From contig CM052816.1 in assembly GCA_028534125.1 (NCBI GenBank), positions 77,440,001 to 77,504,000 on the forward strand: a stretch of DNA of 64,000 bases, read 5' to 3'. The translations under genes and the position numbers were made by a program. The notes under the pieces are model-generated. The model ran no database searches. It saw only the letters and a program-made list of their open reading frames with translations, and was not told the DNA's origin. This document shows, in pieces, positions 13,587 through 23,635 of this stretch. This stretch comes from Lama glama (taxonomy: Eukaryota). Within the stretch, counting starts at the first letter, position 1. Each line of letters opens with the position of its first letter.

Positions 13587-14138
13587 GGAAAATAGGAAAA
13601 AGTCCTGTTCTGCCCTATTTTGGAGAAGTTCTTTAATTTTACAAACCCCAGTGCCTTCACGCATAAAATAAATATAATAATTTCTGTCTCCTGGAGTTAG
13701 CGTGAGGAGTAAACGAGAAGGCATTTAAGACGTATTTGGCACAGTGGTCACAAATTAGAATGTGCCCATTTCTTTTAGAAGCAGAGAGTGTACGAAGGAT
13801 GTTTTTACATTATTGTGTTGGCTCCTCCACTGGACTGGGCGAGGCAGGGTGAAAGGGCTGAACTGCTGTTGCCTTGGAAGATGAGACCACGCCACGTTCC
13901 ACGAAGGGGGCAACGATGGCAGCACGACACCACCGAGGGTCTGATGCACAGCTGATATGATTTACATGCCTTGATGTTCATATTCAAGGTTATCATTCTA
14001 CAGAGCACCAAGCTCACCCTGTAAGCCCACCTTCCTCCTGAAGCTCTGCACTAACCATCCATGAAGCTGCTCCCCTCCCCAGCCCAAACCAGAAAGGCAA
14101 TCCCACAAGAGCACCCCGCCCACTGGGCAGCCCCTTAC

Positions 14139-14328
14139 CTACGTCGGCCCCGCTGAGTGCTTTCCCCAGTGGCCAGGGCCTCAAGTCCATTCTCTTTCCG
14201 TTAACAGTGAGTGACTGCACACAGCCTTGAAAGCCTCGATTTGTCCCGGTTGCTCTCACCAACCAGTAAGCACTGGGAGCCCCACCGACATAGAGAGGTG
14301 TCCGGAAGGTAATTTTACTGTACTGGCC
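14139..14328 (-). CDS. EGFLAM: EGFLAM exon 12 (end of laminin-G 1)
   Basis: ttaaag|GGC...G|gtaagg; translates [63 protein letters not shown]; 190 nt. Confidence 0.96.
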
Positions 14329-15339
14329 CTTTAAGAAAGATGGAAACCGCAACTCACTAAGCCAAGTCAAAAGCTAAAACATAACAGATTTTCACGAGGG
14401 ACATGGTTAAGATGCAGTTTGTAGCCCCAGTGTTTTCTTCCATCCATATTTATCTTTAAGTCATTACCCTACTGGAAAATTAAACCCACAGTTAACTATA
14501 GGAAACTCAGAGTGCTTCTCAGGGGGGTGGTGTTACGAGAAAGGATGATTTTGGAACGCTTAGAAGGGAAGGTAGGTCAGAGCCAAGAGCAACCCAACAG
14601 GCAGTGTATTACGCTGGGCATCCAAAAAAAAACGTTCTCTTTCCAGTCCTGACACCAATTTACCGTGTATCTTGGATGGGTCATAGGGCTAGTCTGTGTC
14701 TCAAAGAATAATAATAATACTAATTTTGTGTGTACATGGGCTAACACTTGCCCTTTTTCACCATCCTAGTCACCTTTATACTATATCCCGCAGCAGGCAT
14801 TTGGGAGGGAGAGGAAAATTGCCAAGACTGAGGTTGCAAAATATTTTCAAATTTGCTCATGGATACAGTCTTTTTTTAAGTGTTATCATAGCTACATAGG
14901 GTCATTTCCAATCTTAGACCAAACCACAATCTGGATTGTAGGTTTTGAGGTTCCAAAATACAGAGCTGAACATTAGGTGGGACAAAATTAAGGTGCCCTT
15001 GGTTATTTGTTTTTGTGTCACAGAAATGTCTCATTTGTTTGGATTAAAGGGTATAGAAGGAGGTTGGGAAAAGGTTTGCTGCCAGAAGTTAGAAAACTTT
15101 CAGAATGTAAACCACTGAAATGTAATCTTTATCCTTTATACTTTTGTTATCAACAAGTAAAACATCTAACCATTGCTTTATCTTTTCTAATGAATAGATA
15201 AGAATCTTTGTAAACAGTATATTAAATATGAGCTAGGCAGCTTTAAAACACTTACCACGGATTTCAAGGATTAATTATTTGCCAGCCACCAGCATAGAGC
15301 TTTTGTTAGATGAATTGAGTCCCCTGTTGGCTTATTTCA

Positions 15340-15927
15340 TCAAGATCCTCAGGATTTACTCCTTCTGGATCCCATATTCACCCCTCTGGCCCTGTTCCCT
15401 GATCCAGGACCACAGCAGGAGCCTGACAGCTCAATCCTTTCCTCCTTTTCTGAAGCATCAAGTGCATTGTTGGGGTGGGTGGTTCTTCTGAGGCTCCTTT
15501 CACAACACCTCATCAGTAGTCTTTGAGTCTGGCCTTTACCTTCCTCCAAAGAGGGGGTTTTCTTTGGGCCCCTGGAACCTGCTTTGCCTGTCTATGCAAA
15601 CAGCTGGTGGTGCCCTGGAGTTTGCATTCCCCCAGCACAGGCCTTAACAGTTTGTAATTGGGTGCTTAACCGTGGAAGTCCAATTCCCTTACTTTGGGTT
15701 GGGATCACTCTGAGGTACTACTAACATTCCAGAGCTCCCCTGTGGGATCAGGCTGAAGCCAGACCTATGAACTTTGCCTGAGATCTTACTCTTGCTGACT
15801 TCCACCCTGTCCCTTTCCATCTTAATCCCCTCCCTTACAAGTTTCCTGTGGGAGAATTTTCTTAATTCATCATTTGCACAGTACTCCTTATCCCAGGTCT
15901 GTTTTGGGGAAACCCTGACTTAAAACA
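15340..15927 (+). mobile_element. ERVL-type LTR (LTR16-like)
   Basis: ccagagctcccctgtgggatcaggctgaagcc...ccaggtctgttttggggaaaccctgacttaaaaca 3' end; 5' boundary uncertain. Confidence 0.6.
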
Positions 15928-17347
15928 GAGTATCTCCCAAAAGAGTTTATTAAACATTCCACATTGGCAGTCCTGCTTATACAACTTGCTTAGCAAGTCC
16001 TGGTAGTAGAGAGGTAGATGTTGCCCTGAGTATCCATAAAATTATATGCTTACAATTAATTCTTGTATTCATTAAAATCATAGACTCCAAATGTAATCCT
16101 CTCTGAGGATTAGAGTTACCATCACCATTAGAGCACTGCAAATTATAACACTAGAATAGAACAGGATTATTGCCTCCCTTTTTCTAGATGCTATACCTCT
16201 ATTAATGTGACCCATAATTTCTTTAGCTTGTTGTTACCACATGGCCCTATTTATTAGCCTTTATTGAATTTCCTTGTTTTAAACCATAAGACACTTTCAA
16301 ATGTGTTGCTTCTGTTACAGCTTCTCCATCCTGTATTCATGTTAGTATTTTGGACCCAAATTCAGAGCTTCTTTATTTCTATCAAATTTAATTTTAATCA
16401 CATTAGGCCTATTGTTCTGGCATTTCTGTGACTCTGCAGTTCACTTTTCTGGTCTTTTCCTTCCTTAGGAATATATGCATATATGCATAAGTGATCTTCT
16501 TGGATTTACATTCACTCTATTTGGATTCCTTCAAAACCAGTGGGATCCAAATGAATGAGATTTTTTTTTTCCTATTCTTTTCTTTAAATCAGCAAGTCAT
16601 AACCCTTTACATAACATGTCTTGTCAGCAAAGAACAGTGAAGAGCCCAAGCGAAGGAGAACTTATACCCATATACACAAAGGCTTTCTTGCTACGTTTTT
16701 CCTCAGAGAATACAGACACCTGCCTGATTATAATTACAGGCTGGGTTCCTTGGCAGGTTGCTAATCCAAACTGTTTATTCTAAATACAGTCCTAAAATTG
16801 CTCAGAGCATGACAAATATGTGAATACCTAGGTGATTTGCTGAGTAGCCCACCAGTTAAATTGTTTTACCACTTCCTATAATCATGGCCCCCAAAAAAGG
16901 TGGATGAATGGATAATTCCTGCATATTGAACCAAGTGAACCTTTTGGGATGATTTTCTAAAGCCACAGGATTGCAACACCCCTGCCTTAAAAGCAAGCTT
17001 TGTGTTCGGCACTAATAATGGCTTCTATTCTTCCAGTGTGGGCTTTCCTCCACCCCTGGCTTTGATGTCCTTGTAGAAAGAGAACATATCCCCGGCACAA
17101 GGCCTCCTGCATGTCCTTGTGCACCCACGGCCACGATGCTAGCAAATTCAGTCTTCCGCATCGGTAGATATGGGATGGATGTGTGCCGGGAAAGCCCGCC
17201 TAGAGTGGAAAGACCAGTAGGGGCACACGGGTTCACCATGAAAAACAGCCCTTCTGCCACATCTGCCAGCTCTCTTGTTGTGGGACCCTCCCAAGGTGCT
17301 TACGGCAGGTGCCGGGTGGATGGGCAGGGAGTGAGGCTCGCACTCAC

Positions 17348-17492
17348 CTGGGATTGGCCTGTCACCGGGGTACCATTGTTCAGCTGCAGCAGTCCGTTCA
17401 GCCCATCTCTGTAGAGCGTAACTGTGTGCCAGCCCCCGAGTTTGATTTTGGTTTCACTTATGATAATGGCAACCCCAGTTCCACAGTTAAAT
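17348..17492 (-). CDS. EGFLAM: EGFLAM exon 11 (laminin-G 1)
   Basis: cacag|A...CAG|gtgagt; translates [48 protein letters not shown]; 145 nt. Confidence 0.96.
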
Positions 17493-19334
17493 CTGTGGGG
17501 GATGAAAAGGAAAGGAAGACTCTTAGATCAACCAGTTCACTATGTTTTCAGACCCCATGGACATCACTTCCAGGATAATGGCTTCTTTGAGAGCCAGTCT
17601 GTTCAGTTAGCTTTACGAATAAAGGCCTCCTTTAACCTGATTTTCTCTGCAGTTTAGAAACTCGTGGGCAGCTGGGGTCCTCCCTCTCCTTCTCAGAGAT
17701 TACCAGACATTTGAATCTAATTCAAGGTGCAGAGAATTAGAGCTTGAGTCATTATGTTTCTAGGGATTTCTCTGGGGACTTCCTACAAATCCCAAATGAC
17801 AGGCTCGGCGATATTAATTAAAAAAAAAAAAAGAGAGAGAGAGAGAGTCTTCTCCTTTTGGCAAGCTGGCCAGCACCGCCATCTGTGTTCAGCTGGGTCC
17901 CAGTGCAGGTGTGGTTTCCAAGGAGGCTCCGGCTCAGAGTGGGGTGTGGGTGGAAGAGGAACATTCTCAGACAGTTGCATTATTTTTGTTTTTCCCCCAA
18001 CTTCCTGTATGGCCTGGGGTGCCCACTGGTCACTATGTCTGACATCTAGAATTCTGACCCTTTCCGGCCAACTTCCAAGCAGCCACCGTGCCACCTCGTC
18101 ACCAGTCCTGAGATTGCCGGTGGTGAGGTCCTTATCAGGACTTCCATTAATGGCAGCCCACTTCTCATGGCCTCCCGTTGTCTCCTGATCCTCAGTGGAG
18201 TGGAATGGGGTTGAGAGGATCCCACTGCAGACGAGGCTCACCTAGCATGGGATGTCAGAATCACACAGCAGGACTGCAGAGTTGGACAGCTGCTGCCAGC
18301 GAATAACCACCAGGGCTACTGAGGGTCTGTCAGATCCTCCAAGTGCAGAGCCCACAGGGTTAGGGCCCCTGCTCCAGATCCTGCTGGCTGACCTCAACCT
18401 CCCCTCAGTCAGACCATTTTCTCCCCTATGGGGGATGCTTGACAGTTTTTGCCAACTTAACCCCAAATAATTCATGTGTTGAAATAATCAAAAGTCACTA
18501 ATGACTGATGCTTACTGACTACTTGCTAGGGGTCAGGAACCGCTCTAAGCACTTTTTATGTGTCATGCACTTCATCCTCACAATAACCCTGGGAGGACCG
18601 CAGACTTGGATAGGTTAATTCATTCACTGAAGGTCAGGCAGCAGGAGCATGGCACCAGGAGAACCTTAACCAGTGCACCACGCAGAAGCATAAGGCTGAT
18701 TCCCACTGGTTGTTCTCAAACCAGTGCTGTGCACACCTTCATGCGGGTGCTTAAAGCAGTCATGCCTCCACAAAACTCTACCTCTGGGAAACCACACATA
18801 AACCAAAGGTGGCTTCCAAGGTGTGTTGGGATCAGGGCAGAGAAGGTAAGCCAAACAGCCCACCACAGCCCTGAGAGAAGACAGGGATGGGGTCTGAGCT
18901 TCTGGGAACTCTTGGGAGGCTGTAGGTGCCTCTCTGCTCTCCGTGGCTCTCAGCCGTGTCTACCATGGGGACAAAGAGGAGATCCCAGCCTTTCTTCCAT
19001 CACATCCACCGGAGCTCCAGGACAGAAAGGACTTGATTGCTTTGGCTCACTACCAAGTTCCTAGGCTCTACAGTGGTGCCAAGTACACTGTGGGGACTCG
19101 GGAAACATTTGCTTTTGGATGAACCAATGGTTACAAGGTTCCAAAACTCAAGTTTCAGAAGTGACCCTGCAATCCTGATACCCCAGTGTTCAGTAAACTG
19201 GTCCAGGCTCATCTTAAACACACTGTTCCTTTGTTTATAGGCATCCATCCTGTAGAGATTTTATTCACACCATAAAAAGGAAAACATAATGTAGGGTAGT
19301 ATTAAAAATCCAAGGGGTTTTTGGCAGGAACTAC

Positions 19335-19435
19335 CTGAATTGGAGCGAGCGCCGGATGATCGCCAGGGACATGAAGTCGCCCCTCCCGTGCTCATTCTCC
19401 CCACAGTAGAGCAGTAAGCCGTCCTCCGCCTCTGC
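19335..19435 (-). CDS. EGFLAM: EGFLAM exon 10 (laminin-G 1)
   Basis: gacag|GCA...AG|gtagtt; translates [33 protein letters not shown](R); 101 nt. Confidence 0.95.
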
Positions 19436-20263
19436 CTGTCATTAGACAAACAAAAGCCACACGCACAATGACCATCTCCTCTTCCATGAAGCGGCACCTG
19501 GAAACACTTATGACTATGAAACTTGAGCATCTCCATGGAAGTCGTATTTACAAGCATGTGGACTCCAATTAATTCCAAGGTACCTAGTCCCAGTTCATCT
19601 TCAATAAACAAATGGCAGTGCTATAAACAGAGTGTGAGGAATAGCAGTGAGGCGAGAGGAAGGTGGCCCCATATCTTTCCCACTCTTTATTTACTTGGCT
19701 CTGTGGCTCCACTAGCAGAGCCTCAGGGAAACCATGTGCACAAAGACCACGGTCACACAGACGCTGTCCTCATGCTCATCAAATTCTGGTCTCACCGAAG
19801 AGAATCCTATTTTTTTGCTTTATTTTGTTTACTTCCCACGCAAATTTGCTTCTTTCCTTCCATTAGGAGAACCTGACAATAAAAACCCAACTGATAGACT
19901 AGTTTGGTTTTTCACTCACTTTGGCTGTCCTAGACGCGGACAGATCAAGGGATCCTCAATACTTTGACCATGACCTCAAAGGAGATTTGTTTCTGTATCT
20001 CCAAACCTTCTCACGTCATCGGAGATACCCAAAAGAATCACTTTAAGCTGAAGGCACTCAGTTCAGACCCGCATCTGATTCAGATCAGAGAGCATTTACT
20101 AGGTCCTCACTGCATGGCAGGGTTGGATATAGCAGTTTTTCTATTTGTCCAGGTGCAGTTGTAACAATGAAGCTTGTCTGGGCTCCCTTTAAATGGGATG
20201 ATGGGATAAAGAATGGATTTATGCCTTCTGAAGTCCTTGCCTGGAAAGCGTCACTATTATGAG

Positions 20264-20448
20264 TGTCCATTGGAATAAAAGATGTACAACCTAAGAGCTG
20301 AGAATTATGTTTTATTTGGTGGACTGGCGGAGGACTTAAGCCTAGGGGACAGTCCCTCAGAGCTATTGGGCTTAAGTCCTCAGCAAGTCCACCGAATAAA
20401 ACATAATTCTCAACTTGTAGGTCGTGCATTTTTATTTTTCAGTTGACA
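20264..20448. mobile_element. Fold-back (palindromic) element made of two inverted ERV1-type LTR 3' ends
   Basis: Arms of about 80 bp; core 20299-20342 matches the reverse complement of 20369-20412 at 41/44; TG...CA termini; flanks TGAG/TGAA; right arm is similar to the LTR end at 57165-57223. Confidence 0.85.
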
Positions 20449-20676
20449 TGAACAACATGGCTGGGAGCCACACATTCTGCCAGAGTTCAGTAACGTATGG
20501 AACCCACCCTCCCCTTGCTGCCGCCCTTGAGTGTGTAAATGTGCCCATCATTCTCGAGACCCTGTGAACAGGTTCACCTCCCTGCTTCCCCTCGCCCTCT
20601 CCTCCTCCACTGGATGGAGTAGACTGCTGTGTGAAGGTGTCCAATTAGCACTCATTAAACGATTAATCCGTCTTAC

Positions 20677-20777
20677 CCTAAATTCAAGAGTAATTTGAAA
20701 TGCCTGGTAAGAGTTCTTCAGAGGTTCAAAGGTTACATAGGAATGACCAAAGAACTGAGGATACTGTATAACAATAT
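20677..20777 (-). CDS. EGFLAM: EGFLAM exon 9 (start of laminin-G 1)
   Basis: ttcag|AT...AGG|gtaaga; translates (D)[33 protein letters not shown]; 101 nt. Confidence 0.96.
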
Positions 20778-21436
20778 CTGAAAGAGAGAAAGACAATAAA
20801 AGAATGCTGTTTCCTCACTTCTTCAAATGCAAAAAATCAACACACACTGTTGCCTGAATGTCACTAAGTGAAAACCCCTGAGAGTCTGTTAAACCTAGCT
20901 TAATATCTTCTTTTCACCACTCTTTACCCCTAGGGTTCTCACTCCTGGGGACTCTGAGCTTCTGAAATTCTTAGGGAGAAACGAATCTTTGGAGATGGTT
21001 ACATGCCACCCTAAAAAGAAATCAGTGGCTTTAAGGCCACTGACCCCTGACTGCCAGCTGTACATCTGTGTAATGTAAGTTGGCTCAATTATTATCTTTC
21101 TCAACCTTCATGCACATGTTCTGCTGCATTTGTCAGTAGAGTTGTGATCAAAATAAAGCCCACCCCCAAGGTGCCATCAGGATGATTAGTAATTGCCCCT
21201 AGAGGACTACATGTTTGGCACACATAGAAATAGGGCTGCTATCTAACTAGAAGCAATGGAATTTGCCCCACTTTTGCCCTGTATAGCTAATTAGCAAATT
21301 TAATGACTAAAAATTGGAAGAAGGGGCTTATCTTAGAAAAAGGGCTGAAGGCACCATCTGTGGACTGCAAAGCTGCCCTCTGGCTCCCAATAGGGGCCAA
21401 CCTACCACCATATTCTTATCCCCACCAAGGGCTTAC

Positions 21437-21755
21437 CTTCTGAGCAGCTCTCACCACCTTTGCCCAGGTTGCAGTGGCATCGAGAGCCCCCCCAGGTGTA
21501 GTCATTAACACAAAAGCTGTCAGCAGAGCACAGGGTTTCATCACAAGACATGTCAAAGAGCCTGGGCATCAGAGCCACACTGTTCTTCCCTTTCCTCTCT
21601 ACTGGAGTGGGCTGGGGAGCCACAGTAGTCATAGGGAGAGATGGTGGGGTGAGGGGGGCGAGCCTAGAAACGGTCATTGGGTTTGACCTAGGCGCCATCT
21701 TGGATTCCACCAAGAATTTCTTATTCCCTTCTTTGATAGCAGGAAGTGGTTTAAC
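21437..21755 (-). CDS. EGFLAM: EGFLAM exon 8 (Pro/Thr-rich linker and EGF-like 1)
   Basis: tttag|GTT...G|gtaagc; translates [19 protein letters not shown]...[36 protein letters not shown]; 319 nt. Confidence 0.96.
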
Positions 21756-22344
21756 CTAAAGACAGACAAGAAAAAGAAGTTCAGGATTAACACAGAGCAC
21801 AGTAATTAGACTACTTTTATTATGGTTGATTGTGGAAACATGGTCACTTTTGATATTTCTCAAAAACCTGGGATGTAGATGGGGCAAATAGTATTGACCC
21901 CCAGTTTACAGATAAAGAACTTGAGCCTCAAGGATTTTAATTATCTTCTTCTGTATTACACAGAAAGGTCAGTGGTAAAGCTGATATCGTATGATTTATT
22001 ATTATTTCACTATCACAAAGATGCATTGCTTTGTCAAGGAATTGTTCATCTCCTTATAATACCTCACTTTATAAAACTGCACTTGGTGGGAAATCTAGAT
22101 TTGTTTTAGCCAGCTGTGAAGTCAGCAGGCAAGGGCTGACTACAGAACAGCGTGGTTGGTACTTAGTCACCGTTAATTTATGATCACCTGGAGCCTAAAA
22201 GTCAGAGGAAATAAATAAGTGTTAAAAGTAAACGGGCCAATGTAAGTAAGTTTTAAGTAAAATGTTCATGGGCTATTGATTAAATTGCCTTGTTCAGCAA
22301 GAAAACAAAACCACCCAGATTATAAAAGCAGTACTTTTTGTTAC

Positions 22345-22460
22345 CTCCTCAAAGGAAATATCCAAATCTAAGTCGTCTTCGAATTCATTGTCATCCTCAC
22401 TGACTTCAGTGTCGGTTATGTAATGGGGCCCATAGTGTCCACTTCCTGATTCCTCAGGTC
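22345..22460 (-). CDS. EGFLAM: EGFLAM exon 7 (acidic linker)
   Basis: ctgaag|GA...GAG|gtaaca; translates (R)[38 protein letters not shown]; 116 nt. Confidence 0.95.
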
Positions 22461-22659
22461 CTTCAGAGAAAAGCAGCACACGGCAGTCAGCACATGCCTT
22501 CGCTCCCTTTCCTATCCCAGTTCAGTCATACACTGAGCTGTACTGAGTGGATGGAGACATATCCGAAACACACAAAGAATTCAACGCAGGAGAGGAAGCA
22601 TTAATGAGAAAAATTATGAAAAACATTTCATTTCATAAGTAATTTCATAAAAGAAACAG

Positions 22660-23635
22660 CTATCATTTTATACTGACAAGACTGGGAAATATAAAATTCA
22701 GGAAGTAAAAAATATTACCAAGGATGGGGTCAATGGAGACTCAAAACACTGATGTTAGATGTGTAAACTGGTATGTTCACTTTGCAAAACAACTGGAAAT
22801 ATTTAATGAAGTAGAAACCGTTCATACCTTTTGATCCAGCAGTCTCACCCCGACTTACAAAATCTGGAGAAACTCTTCCACATGTACCGGAAGACACGTG
22901 CATAACATACTTGTGGCATCAGAATTTGCAATAGTACAAAAAACCCCACCAAACTTGCTATTTGTAATAGCAGTAACACCCCAAGTATCAATCAACAGAG
23001 AATGAATAATAGAATACTATATAACAGGGGAAATGAATAAATGGGCATTTAGTGCATCAACATGATTTAGTCTCATATGATTTCATACAAGAAACGTAAG
23101 TTGCAAAGGAACATATTCAGTTTGATACCATTTATATAGAAGCCTACAGCAAGAAAAACTATAAATTATTTAGGGATACATATACAGTTGTCACTCTTCC
23201 CTTAGTATCCGAGGGATGGTTTTGGTTACAGGATCCCTGTGGATATCAAAATCTGTGGACACTCAAGTTCCTTATGTAAAATGGTGTAGTACAATCGGCC
23301 ATTGGTATCTGAGGGTTCTGTATTCGCAAATTCAACTAACCACAGCTGGATATGGAGGATGGACTGTATGCATAGCTTAAGCTGTTAAGAAAAGTTGGAC
23401 AATGACAAAAAAATTCTTGAGAAAAGTTAGAAGAGGGATGTGAATGAGGTGTGACACACAGGGACCTTAGAAAGTACTCTATCATGTTCTATTTCTTAAT
23501 ATAGGTGCTTACATGTAAGTGTTTATATTATTTTTGTGTTTTTATGTAACATAAAAACAATATACATAAAAGTATATATATCCTTTTGATGTATGAAATA
23601 CTTTATTTTTAAAAGTTCTTTAAAATGAGAAAGAC
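22660..23635 (+). mobile_element. Old L1 (L1ME-like) fragment interrupted by a MER2-like element
   Basis: tgtaaactggtatgttcactttgcaaaacaactgg...atacctttTgatccagcagtctcacc...gataccatttatatagaag, decayed L1 ORF2-end/3' UTR motifs. Confidence 0.6.
23185..23367 (+). mobile_element. TcMar-Tigger MITE (MER2/MER2B-like)
   Basis: TA|cagttgtc...caggatccctgtggatatcaaaatctgtggacactcaagttccttatgtaaaatggtgtagta...ggatggactg|TA; TA flanks and CAGT/ACTG termini. Confidence 0.75.
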
